The notes beneath the pieces were generated by a model. It worked only from the letters and a program-made list of their open reading frames with translations, was not told where the DNA came from and searched no databases. Position numbers and translations under genes: made by a program. From an uncultured Nitrososphaeraceae archaeon (GTDB lineage Archaea; Thermoproteota; Nitrososphaeria; Nitrososphaerales; Nitrososphaeraceae), in NCBI GenBank assembly GCA_963765895.1, contig CAVXZB010000005.1:1-52575 (forward strand): 52,575 bases of DNA. The letters run 5' to 3'. Positions 23,842 to 32,979 of this stretch are shown here, piece by piece (within the stretch, counting starts at the first letter, position 1; every line of letters begins with the position of its first letter).

Positions 23842-25476
23842 TTGTACCCATACGGCTTGAAGCAAAATCCATATCATGGAAGTCCGACACCCAGAATGAC
23901 AGACTCGTTAGTACTTGGTGGCAAAAGGCACAAAGAAGCAAAGTTTGCCATGTTGTCTTGTATAGATGACTTGCATTCTAGAATTAGTAGCGGTTTCCAA
24001 GACAACGACTCGAGACTTGTTACTATAATTCAGGACGTGGGGTCCGGTAAAACCCACCTAACTTTACATATAAAGGGATTAGCTGACCTGTCTAACACCT
24101 CAGTTATTTCATATACCGACCTTTCACAAATTTCCCCCCGTACTGTTCAAAGTCTGTATAATGCTATATTAGCAGGCTTTAATGAAGAAGATATTCTGGA
24201 ACTACGGAAAGCTATTGTATATTTTCTCAAGCAAGAAGCTGAACATAACGTAAAAGGGGCTAAGAAAATATTTAGGTACGGCATAATCGATTCCTTTTGT
24301 GGTAGAAGCATACATTACAAGGCCCAACAAATCTTAGAAAATAGATTGAGCCCAGATTATACTGCTGCTGATAACCTGCTCAAGCAAGAACTATCTACCA
24401 TTGAAAATAATATTGCGAAAGCAGTTTTACATCATCGCTTAAGGGATGACGTATACAATGTGGAAACACTCGAGGATGCTCTTGCAAGCTTGTCTGCTAT
24501 AGCCATATTAAACTTAAAGTTCCTCAAGAAACTGACTGTATTCCAGATAGATGAATTCGATTCTGACAAAATATCATTAGATGTTATAAAGGCAATTATT
24601 AACGCGCATTTGCCGAGTAGTATTATTTCATTGAATTTAACTCCATCTGCCTATGAGGACATTCGATCAGCGAGTGCTTCCGTGTTTGATAGATTAGAAA
24701 AAGCAAATTACAAGATTGATTTAGCGGGATCTAATACTTTTGAAGAAGTCAATGATATTATTCTTGAATATATCAGATACCATGACGTTGGAAGCCAGTT
24801 TTCAAAGGAAGATGAAAAAGATCTTTCATCAAAAATTAAGGTTATATACGATGAATTTCAAGATTTTAGAAACGTTAGGTCAATGATAAACATTTTTTAC
24901 CATGCTATGGAGTCGGCACAGAAAAGAAACTGTACTATTATTGATGAAAAAGCAATTGACGATACTATCACGCATGTCTATCCCGGTCTAAAAATAAGAG
25001 GCAGTATAATGTCCATCCCTCTATCGGAATTCATTAGGATAAAGAAAGATTGTAACGACCTAAAAGAGTTAGAAGACGATGTTCGTGATGCGGTTCGCAA
25101 TCTTGTAAATTGTGCGCATGACGTAGGATCTGTTTCTGAACTTAGTTCTGAATTTACCTTCAGAGAAGGAGGGGACATAGTTTATAGCGACTCTTCAGGA
25201 TCAAGAGTGGCGGTATCAGTAATAATGAGTAAGGATCACGTAAAGAATTTTGAACAAATTGCTAATACTGTGAAAACTTCAAGTATAGTCGACAAATTGC
25301 TAATACTAACTAATTCTTATGCAAATGGTGTGGGTAATGGTGCCACAGTTGTTAATATTGATCGTTCTAAAATGATTGATCTGATCTATTTTAATGGTAA
25401 ATATGAGAAAGATGACATTTTTGAAGAAGATAAGAAACGTGCATTGCTACTTGCAAGATCAATAAAACTATGTTAG
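23842..25476 (+). CDS. AAA+/P-loop ATPase of unknown function (544 aa, intact copy)
   Basis: N-terminal YGLKQNPY; Walker A QDVGSGKT; Walker B VFQIDEFD; DRL arginine-finger-like and NVR sensor-2-like motifs. Confidence 0.88.
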   Translation: MYPYGLKQNPYHGSPTPRMTDSLVLGGKRHKEAKFAMLSCIDDLHSRISSGFQDNDSRLVTIIQDVGSGKTHLTLHIKGLADLSNTSVISYTDLSQISPRTVQSLYNAILAGFNEEDILELRKAIVYFLKQEAEHNVKGAKKIFRYGIIDSFCGRSIHYKAQQILENRLSPDYTAADNLLKQELSTIENNIAKAVLHHRLRDDVYNVETLEDALASLSAIAILNLKFLKKLTVFQIDEFDSDKISLDVIKAIINAHLPSSIISLNLTPSAYEDIRSASASVFDRLEKANYKIDLAGSNTFEEVNDIILEYIRYHDVGSQFSKEDEKDLSSKIKVIYDEFQDFRNVRSMINIFYHAMESAQKRNCTIIDEKAIDDTITHVYPGLKIRGSIMSIPLSEFIRIKKDCNDLKELEDDVRDAVRNLVNCAHDVGSVSELSSEFTFREGGDIVYSDSSGSRVAVSVIMSKDHVKNFEQIANTVKTSSIVDKLLILTNSYANGVGNGATVVNIDRSKMIDLIYFNGKYEKDDIFEEDKKRALLLARSIKLC

Positions 25477-25508
25477 CCTCATAAGATAAATCGAAATATG
25501 CAAAACGA

Positions 25509-25844
25509 TTGTCATGTATGATCGGACTGTATGAGAAGTACAACCCACAAACTCTTTTAAGAGGGATTTGCAAATGCTGCGTTGTGGATAAAAACGCTAC
25601 CGACGAGGAACGCTTCGGTCTTGGCTCGGATGATGAAGCGTTAAGATGCAATATATGTGGTCGGGAGGCGGACTTTATAGTCCAGCTAGAATTGATTAAA
25701 GAGAGGAGCAACTATAACATAATAGAATCATTAAATCAAATGCCATTTTATCTGTGCAAATCACATGAATTTCTTTACAAGAGAATGCGTAGCAACATTG
25801 AACTCCAGGATTATTTCCCGGAGACTATTAGGGAAAACCAATAG
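25509..25844 (+). CDS. Cys-rich putative Zn-binding hypothetical protein
   Basis: CKCC, CNIC and CKSH motifs; 32 nt downstream of the ATPase. Confidence 0.72.
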   Translation: MSCMIGLYEKYNPQTLLRGICKCCVVDKNATDEERFGLGSDDEALRCNICGREADFIVQLELIKERSNYNIIESLNQMPFYLCKSHEFLYKRMRSNIELQDYFPETIRENQ

Positions 25845-25852
25845 CAAAATAT

Positions 25853-26296
25853 GTGAGATGTTTGAGGCGCATTGACAATGAGGAAGAACTCCTAAAAAGT
25901 TTACATAAAGAAGGAATTACAATTCTAAGTTATGAAGGAAGCAACGTCCCTTGTATTTACGTAACTCTAAAGAGGTATGAAGAAATAATTAATAGTGCTT
26001 TTGGAAAGAAAATGGCAGTAGATACTATTCTTAATATAATAAACAATCCGGAAAAACCAGACGTATTCGTTGATATTTATATGAATTTCTTAAATGCTGG
26101 CCTTGAACAATATTTCCTTTTGCCGGCTAACGACAATTTAGAATTTTTTGAGGCAATGGCCAATTCAGCCATGATAGCGATTACACCAGACCCTTCTTCT
26201 GAATTCGGAGGACAGAACATATTCATGGTTCAACTCCCGAAAATAAATGCTATAGAAAATGCTGTTTCCATAATTAAATCCAAGCTTCCAAAATGA
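25853..26296 (+). CDS. Hypothetical protein (147 aa)
   Basis: Co-oriented, 8 nt downstream of the previous ORF. Confidence 0.72.
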   Translation: MRCLRRIDNEEELLKSLHKEGITILSYEGSNVPCIYVTLKRYEEIINSAFGKKMAVDTILNIINNPEKPDVFVDIYMNFLNAGLEQYFLLPANDNLEFFEAMANSAMIAITPDPSSEFGGQNIFMVQLPKINAIENAVSIIKSKLPK

Positions 26297-26428
26297 ATGA
26301 AAACTTTGAACGATTGATCTCGGAACATCATGTAATCGTGCCTTATCCCAATCTTAGAAACATTACACATTACTAAGTGAATGGTATTTACTCTTGGTAA
26401 GATTTCATTAATTCTCGACCCTTACAAA

Positions 26429-26503
26429 TGCGACGGCCGGGATTTGAACCCGGGTTACCAGATTGGCAATCTGATGTCCTAGACCAAACTGGACGACCGT
26501 CGC
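26429..26503 (-). tRNA. tRNA-Gly(GCC)
   Basis: Acceptor GCGACGG/CCGTCGC-A; anticodon arm TCAGA-TTGCCAA-TCTGG; T-arm CCGGG-TTCAAAT-CCCGG. Confidence 0.96.
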
Positions 26504-26763
26504 AGACAGTTTCCCTAAGATTAAGCTGGATAATTTTTCCAAGCGGATTCAGAGATACCTTATCCTGAACCTTAATCTAATCACTATACAGCAAGGCCTA
26601 CCAATATAAAATGATTTTCTTCCCTAAAAGCACAAAAATTTCATTTGAGACACTCTTAAGACAATCTTATACTATTGTTATCCATTAATTCTTGTTCGAT
26701 GAGTGATTTTTCCAGCAGGCCTAATTCTATCAAGTACGAATTCTTGCAGATTATTACTGGCTT

Positions 26764-27426
26764 CTACGATAGTAGGATTAACGTTGTCAATCCTCTCCTT
26801 TCAGTCACATGCGAGGTGTCAGCTTCTTCTATTACTACAGTCATCGAGATTACATCGCCAGCGCTGCAAGACTTGGCGTTGAGAAGTACAAAGTCATTGA
26901 GAATGTCGCCACCAATTTTAGTTTCAGGACTGACCTTGAAATCGATAGGAGCTACTGAGTTTATAAGAAAGACCTGATTTTTCTGATAATCGCCAATTCT
27001 CGCGATTCGGCCAGGATGGGGTATCGCACGTACCTTTACTTTTATTTCACCTACGTGATGTTGGGTATAGCCTGTCATGCCATTGACCTGAACATCAATC
27101 TTGAAAGGATAACCTGCTGTGCTCTCGGCCATTTTATTGATTCCGTCATTCATGATAATGTCTATTTTTTTGATAGTTGTGCCACAGGATCGAATCCAAC
27201 TGTTTGTTGTAATTCTGATATTTTCTATAGCCATTTTTCTGCTCGCAGTCTCTTTAGTATCGAGATTATATCTATCGACCCAATCCGCATAATCCTTGCT
27301 AATATCAGTAATAAATTCTGCACAAGTAATTTGGTAATCTTCTATACTAGAAGCGCGTTCCGAATCCGTATCAGAGTAGAACACAATAGATGACAAAACG
27401 GCAGCTGAATAAAAATGTGGACCCAA
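26764..27426 (-). CDS. Hypothetical protein (~210-220 aa; start uncertain)
   Basis: Long ORF with protein-like composition; no motif recognised. Confidence 0.7.
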   Translation of the reverse strand: MGPHFYSAAVLSSIVFYSDTDSERASSIEDYQITCAEFITDISKDYADWVDRYNLDTKETASRKMAIENIRITTNSWIRSCGTTIKKIDIIMNDGINKMAESTAGYPFKIDVQVNGMTGYTQHHVGEIKVKVRAIPHPGRIARIGDYQKNQVFLINSVAPIDFKVSPETKIGGDILNDFVLLNAKSCSAGDVISMTVVIEEADTSHVTERRGLTTLILLS

Positions 27427-27509
27427 ATTGTTATTATTTAATAAGGATAATAATTTATGGACATCTACTTAATTTGCCAGCTTTATTTTCCAGCTTATAT
27501 GAAGATCTC

Positions 27510-27968
27510 ATGAAAAATCTCACACTCAATGAAAAATCTATTAAGTCTATGCTAACTCGGAGCCCCAGTTTGGCCTACACTAAGATAAACGAACTCGCCC
27601 ATTTTACTGGATCAAGGTATCAAGTCGATCTTAGACTACAGTTCCCACAGCATCAAAAGATATTTGATACGAAATCGTATGGCACGGAAAATTTAGGATT
27701 AATTATAAATAAATTTCGGAAAACATTTCCAATACCGCGAGAGCAAGTCAAATCACAAGCGATTAAAGTACTTGATACTATCCGGGTAGAGGACGCCTAC
27801 ATGTATGAGGGGAAGGAAGGGGTTAGAGTTATTATTAAAAGCGGGCGGTTAGAAGTTCTGCCGGGATCAGTCCATCTATGGTGTAGAATAGACCAACCGG
27901 TAAAATATTTTGTAGACTGGCTTATGGATATGGTGTATTACCAGGATCTAAAGACTGATATTGATTAA
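27510..27968 (+). CDS. Hypothetical protein (152 aa from ATG 27510)
   Basis: Part of ORF 27390..27968; the upstream portion overlaps the divergent gene and AT-rich promoter region. Confidence 0.72.
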   Translation: MKNLTLNEKSIKSMLTRSPSLAYTKINELAHFTGSRYQVDLRLQFPQHQKIFDTKSYGTENLGLIINKFRKTFPIPREQVKSQAIKVLDTIRVEDAYMYEGKEGVRVIIKSGRLEVLPGSVHLWCRIDQPVKYFVDWLMDMVYYQDLKTDID

Positions 27969-28150
27969 AACCTGCGCGGGTTAGATATTCAGAAATGATA
28001 AATACATTGACTTTATTTTATCGGCATTTATAACACTCTTTATTTGCACTTCGTAATGGACCTGACTTATGTCATATTATATTCTGATTTTCATGAACTC
28101 TTAATGATAAGATACGCAAATAAGTAAGAGAAACGTTTATTATTTTAAAA

Positions 28151-28306
28151 ATGTGCAAGTGTCCAAAGGTTCATTTTTATGAAGTTGAGTTTAAGCTTGC
28201 AGGTATGAATGTTGTGCCTACACACAAGAATTGTGGAGATTCCCTAAACGAAGACCAATCATCCAAATTTGAGAAAGAACTGATAAAGCTTTGGGGATTT
28301 GAATAA
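28151..28306 (+). CDS. 51-aa putative Zn-binding microprotein (not in the ORF track)
   Basis: Manual translation MCKCPKVHFYEVEFKLAGMNVVPTHKNCGDSLNEDQSSKFEKELIKLWGFE*; CxC plus HxxC. Confidence 0.75.
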   Translation: MCKCPKVHFYEVEFKLAGMNVVPTHKNCGDSLNEDQSSKFEKELIKLWGFE

Positions 28307-28430
28307 AGTGGTATGGACCTGCTTTATAGAGCTGGTTAATGAAATCATTTAAATTGGTATACGGGATTGCAAATTTATCACACGTCAACTTTATTAATCC
28401 CTACACTAATTTGGTTTTAGGTGATTTTGT

Positions 28431-28685
28431 GTGACCAAGATGCTAAATGTAACTATAGATACTTCCGGTGTGGCCCCTAATGAAGCTCAGGAATGGGTCA
28501 ACGAATTGGTAAACGTCTATGCGGATATGGAAGTCGAGGATGTAAATGTGTCCGGAAATAAGATCTCTTTTAAGGCAGGATCTTCGGGCATGGACGACAC
28601 GGAACCTGAAGACATCAAAACAAAGCTGCAAGAATATTTGACGATGAACGAGGCGTTTCAAGCCAATAGTATAAACGTAAGCTAG
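28431..28685 (+). CDS. Small acidic hypothetical protein (84 aa)
   Basis: GGTGA Shine-Dalgarno-like motif upstream; T-rich tract after the stop. Confidence 0.8.
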   Translation: MTKMLNVTIDTSGVAPNEAQEWVNELVNVYADMEVEDVNVSGNKISFKAGSSGMDDTEPEDIKTKLQEYLTMNEAFQANSINVS

Positions 28686-28806
28686 CTGGTCAAAGCGTGC
28701 TACCTTTTTTTTCTTTACCTTAAATCGTTAAGTAGATCCAATTAATCATAATACTTTCTCGGGCATGTTTAAATAGTATACAGATTACGTATCAAGAATT
28801 AGGAAA

Positions 28807-29043
28807 ATGACTTGTAAAGGCATTTGTGTGCGTCATAAGGCTCAAAAGCCAATAGGATTTGGTCGCTATGCAAGCGGTCAAAAACGCTGCCAAATCTGTG
28901 AAATCTTTATCAATTGGGAAGGACTATGGTGTCCTTGTTGTGGTTATAGGTTAAGAACAAAGCCACGAAACTTGAAATATAAGGCTAAGCTAAGGTCAAG
29001 ATCCAGAAGTTTGGAGCCGATGAGACCGGCCCTGATTGCTTGA
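28807..29043 (+). CDS. Small basic Zn-finger protein
   Basis: CKGIC, CQIC and CPCC motifs followed by RLRTKPR; TTTAAATA TATA box upstream. Confidence 0.85.
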   Translation: MTCKGICVRHKAQKPIGFGRYASGQKRCQICEIFINWEGLWCPCCGYRLRTKPRNLKYKAKLRSRSRSLEPMRPALIA

Positions 29044-29460
29044 AAGATAAATTTCATACCTTTGTTTTCATATGACCAGGGTTTGGACTAGGCTAAAAAC
29101 GTATTTGCATTAGATTCTTTGGAATAGTTAGTTACCTAATAAACAACAACAATAGATTTGAGGACAGCGAACATGTCCTTAAGGCTAATGTTCTATCCTT
29201 AACGCAAATGATCTAGTTACGCTGCTCAGCGAAACATGGAAGAAAGGATAGAGTTTATGGATCATATTTAGCTCAATCTACTACTAGATCGTAGCACATT
29301 ATCAAGTATGACCTAGTTTAAAATCTGTTGGAGGGACAGAGGACATTCCTGTTAAAGTTAGAAATCTACTTGTTGGATCTTCTTTGCTCGGGGTGCACAA
29401 AAATAATCCATTCTTGTCCAAGACACAAATTTATATGAAGAAAATAACGCAATTCCATAG

Positions 29461-29536
29461 GCTCCGGTGGTGTAGTCCGGTTAAGCATTTCGCCCTCTCA
29501 AGGCGACGATCCCGGGTTCAAATCCCGGCCGGAGCA
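29461..29536 (+). tRNA. tRNA-Glu(CUC)
   Basis: Acceptor GCTCCGG/CCGGAGC-A; anticodon arm TCGCC-CTCTCAA-GGCGA; T-loop TTCAAAT; TATA-like tttatat ~27-33 nt upstream. Confidence 0.96.
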
Positions 29537-29788
29537 ATTTTAACTCTTAAAGACTCAGAAGTCCAGTAAATTTCCTCATGCTATCCTGGACTTACCAGAA
29601 TATTAGGTGGACTGTCACGTTCTTCATTGTCCTGTATGTTCCAAGAGGCATACCGAGTAAAAAGTCTTGTTCGATTTGGCATTTGGATCATTACCCAAGC
29701 CGGACTCTAATATTGCGACATATAACATACGCCCACTGATGTATAACTCTAGCCGTTATTCTTCAATAATTTATCTCCTATTGCAACG

Positions 29789-29832
29789 ATAATAATAATA
29801 ATAATAATAATAAAAGTAATAATAATAAAAGT
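29789..29832. repeat. (AAT)n microsatellite, interrupted by AAAAGT
   Basis: ataataataataataataataataaaagtaataataataaaagt. Confidence 0.9.
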
Positions 29833-30118
29833 ACTTTCGCTTAGGAGAGTACTAAAAGATGCGATTGAATTGTAATTGTTAGTTTATCTGGGTCTTGTAA
29901 TCAACCGAGATAAGATGCGTTCTTTATTCAGGTTCCCGTGTTGATAGAGAGTGCCCGTCCTTGATGTGAGATCGATACTGTACTCGGTACTATTTCTGAT
30001 ATGGTGTTGTCAGAAAAATACTTTGTGTTAAACTTGGCTAATACTAACCGACAATCGCGACAGTATATTTCCTTAATGACACATGGCCTCATATTATTAT
30101 TGAGTATGTTAGGTCTAG

Positions 30119-30775
30119 TTATTCGGATCGCTCGCCAGAGACCGCTCCGGGCTTCACTGATCCAGCAACAGTGGAAAAGTTGTTAATAGCTCTATTTTTA
30201 AAGTGAGTACTATTTGCTTTATAATAAATAATCTCGCCTCGTCGCTCAATCACTGCAAGTATAGATTCTTTTCCCATCTTCTCAATTTGCTGAACTATTA
30301 AAGCCAACCTATCGACCTCCAAATCCACACCCTCGCTCACCGCAAATATGACATATTTTGCGGGTTTTATCCCAAATTCACCCCGTTCATACAATCTAAA
30401 ATCTATACCGAATCCGAATCCATCCTTAGCAACATATCCTCTACTTCTCAAATCTCGATAAATCAAAAAACGCGTCAGAATCAACTTATCATGCTTTGAA
30501 AAGATTTCTATTAAGGTTTTAAATCTGATATTTTTCTCAGATGTTGTACTGAGGCTCATGCGTCCAGAGTGAACAAGATATAATGCTTCATATGGCTCTA
30601 ATATGTATTCGGAGCCTTCTTTTGATCCAAATCCCTTGTTTCTCAGATGGTCCTGGTCCTTGGTATCCTTGATTGCAATTCTTGTTCGATTACCCAGGAG
30701 CGACGCCTCGATAATATAAGAAAGATCCGGCTCCGGTTGAGAATTTCTAGATGATGAAGAATTTGCCAAGGACAT
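30119..30775 (-). CDS. endA: tRNA splicing endonuclease subunit, probably the structural (beta) subunit
   Basis: LEPYEALYL and YRDLRSRGYVAKDGFGFGIDFRLYERG motifs; no His at the usual catalytic position (KPAKYVI). Confidence 0.88.
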   Translation of the reverse strand: MSLANSSSSRNSQPEPDLSYIIEASLLGNRTRIAIKDTKDQDHLRNKGFGSKEGSEYILEPYEALYLVHSGRMSLSTTSEKNIRFKTLIEIFSKHDKLILTRFLIYRDLRSRGYVAKDGFGFGIDFRLYERGEFGIKPAKYVIFAVSEGVDLEVDRLALIVQQIEKMGKESILAVIERRGEIIYYKANSTHFKNRAINNFSTVAGSVKPGAVSGERSE

Positions 30776-30830
30776 AACGATTAAATCACGCTATCAATTC
30801 ACATTTAAGTATTCAAGAATCTGATTGTTT

Positions 30831-31349
30831 ATGAAAGGGGTTAATTATCGTGAAATACGTGGTATGCCTTATGTAAGAAGGGAATACATTCGGGGTAAAC
30901 CACAGCTAAAGATTGCTAGATTTTCTTCGGGCCTTGCGACTGGTGAATATGACTTTAAGGTTGAACTTGTAGTGACTGAAAAGTTGCAGATAAGGCATAA
31001 TGCATTAGAAGCTGCCAGATTAGCTGCTAATAAGACTATGGCTAAGGCAGGCGACACAAGCTTTTTTTCGATGTTAAGAGTGTATCCGCATGTGATTCTC
31101 AGAGAAAATAAGATGATTGCCACGGCAGGCGCTGATAGACTACAAGAAGGAATGAGGAGAGCGTTCGGGAAGGCAATGGGGTTAGCATGCAGGGTATCTC
31201 CTGGGCAGGTCATTTTAGAGGCTCATGTAAAGACCAGCAATCTAGAGCTTGCAAAGCAAGGTTTCAAGGTTGCATCTAGTAAGTTAGGTTGCCCTACTCG
31301 CGTACATATTGTTCCTTTACGAGAACCAAAAAATAGTACTGATGAATAG
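30831..31349 (+). CDS. rpl10e: 50S ribosomal protein L10e (uL16)
   Basis: QIRHNALEAAR and RVYPHVILRENKMIATAGADRLQEGMRRAFGK. Confidence 0.97.
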   Translation: MKGVNYREIRGMPYVRREYIRGKPQLKIARFSSGLATGEYDFKVELVVTEKLQIRHNALEAARLAANKTMAKAGDTSFFSMLRVYPHVILRENKMIATAGADRLQEGMRRAFGKAMGLACRVSPGQVILEAHVKTSNLELAKQGFKVASSKLGCPTRVHIVPLREPKNSTDE

Positions 31350-31710
31350 GATTTTTGTCTTTTCAACTTGAAATTGAATCCTCTTTTTTGCATCTCTTGA
31401 TTTGCTAGGATCGTTGTAAGAGGATCGATGCTCTTTGTTTGGACATCATCTATCTCTGTTGTGGGAATGCATCTTGCATTTTCGTAGCTTGCTCTGATAA
31501 TTAAATATGAATAAGAAAATTGGCCTACAGGACGCAACGCTTGTTTCATTATAAAAATCGGGATCATTGATAGTTCTCGGAGTTATAGATTATTTGCGTG
31601 TCATCTTCGATTGCAGATATTGTTAGATTACACTACGGATAGAAAGCAGTCCAATTAGCAAGAGATTTATTCTACTATACGATACATCGTCTAATCGCCT
31701 GAAAATTATA

Positions 31711-32901
31711 ATGCTAAGGAGTATTTCTGCTATTGAAGATTCAAAGTATTCTGGTAAGATAGTCTTGATCAGGGTAGACTTTAACGTCAGTATAATCGAC
31801 GGTACGATAGGCGAAGATTATCGAATTCGTATGAGTCTACCCACAATCGAATATCTGTCAAAGCGAGGAGCAAAAATAATTCTGGCATCGCATCTTGGTA
31901 GACCGAAGGGATGGCAATCGGGCTATTCGTTAGAATTAGTTGCCCAAAGACTTTCTTCTATCGTGCGAACAGCAAAGGTCAGGTTTGTCAATAACTGTAT
32001 TGGCAATGAAGTAGTTGATAAGATTAATAGATTAGAGAATGGAGACATTCTTTTACTTGAGAACCTCAGATTCTATAAAGAAGAAGAGGCCAATGACCCA
32101 GAATTTGCTCGTCAACTTGCATCTCTTGCCGAGATATATGTAAATGACGCCTTTAGTACTTCTCACAGGAAACATGCATCGACATACGGCGCAGCAAAGT
32201 TATTCGATACAAGGCTAGCAGGGCTCAATCTTAGTAGAGAGGTTGAATATCTTTCAACGATGAAAGAAAACCCAATAAAACCCCTGAAGATCCTGGTCGG
32301 CGGAGTAAAAATTCGAGATAAGATTGGGGCCTTGGAGAATTTACTTCCCAAGGCCGAAAAATTGCTATTGGGTGGGGCAGTAGCATACACATTTCTCAAG
32401 GCAAAAGGAATAAAGACTGGCATTTCTCCCATTGACGAAGAACATTTATCGTGGGTCACGAAAGCATTGACAATGTATGGAGATAAGATCCTTCTCCCTT
32501 CAGATCATATAGTAGCATCCTCTCCAAATGAAGGCTATGCAAGTATAGCTAGGGATATTCCTGATGAATTTGCTGGTTTTGACATAGGAAATGAAACGAT
32601 CCAGCGGTATTCTATGGAGGTCGGCGGAGATGGCTCTGGCACAGTCTTCTGGAACGGACCTATGGGACAGTTTGAAATTGCATTATTTTCAAATGGCACT
32701 ATTAATATGGCAAAAAGTGTTGCCCTCGCGTTCTGGAGAGGATCTAAGACTCTTATAGGGGGTGGAGATACGCTGGAGGCCATGAAAAAATCAGGTGTCT
32801 CAGAGGGAGAGGTTAGCCATGTATCAACTGGAGGAGGTGCAACTCTCCGATTTCTTGCAGGCGACGAGATGCCAGGACTAAGTGCCATAGACAGAATGTA
32901 G
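31711..32901 (+). CDS. pgk: Phosphoglycerate kinase
   Basis: RVDFNV, SHLGRP, LLENLRF, YVNDAF, VFWNGPMG, GGGDT and HVSTGGGA motifs. Confidence 0.96.
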   Translation: MLRSISAIEDSKYSGKIVLIRVDFNVSIIDGTIGEDYRIRMSLPTIEYLSKRGAKIILASHLGRPKGWQSGYSLELVAQRLSSIVRTAKVRFVNNCIGNEVVDKINRLENGDILLLENLRFYKEEEANDPEFARQLASLAEIYVNDAFSTSHRKHASTYGAAKLFDTRLAGLNLSREVEYLSTMKENPIKPLKILVGGVKIRDKIGALENLLPKAEKLLLGGAVAYTFLKAKGIKTGISPIDEEHLSWVTKALTMYGDKILLPSDHIVASSPNEGYASIARDIPDEFAGFDIGNETIQRYSMEVGGDGSGTVFWNGPMGQFEIALFSNGTINMAKSVALAFWRGSKTLIGGGDTLEAMKKSGVSEGEVSHVSTGGGATLRFLAGDEMPGLSAIDRM

Positions 32902-32979
32902 GTATGTCCTAAATGAGAAGTAAATGAAGATAGGAGTCACAAATTCCTCACTCATTCTTACGAGTATTTCGAAATTTCT

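Noticed and set aside
31223-31567. 114-aa minus-strand ORF overlapping the rpl10e 3' end
   Set aside because: It overlaps a ribosomal protein gene by more than 120 nt in antisense and has no recognisable motif.
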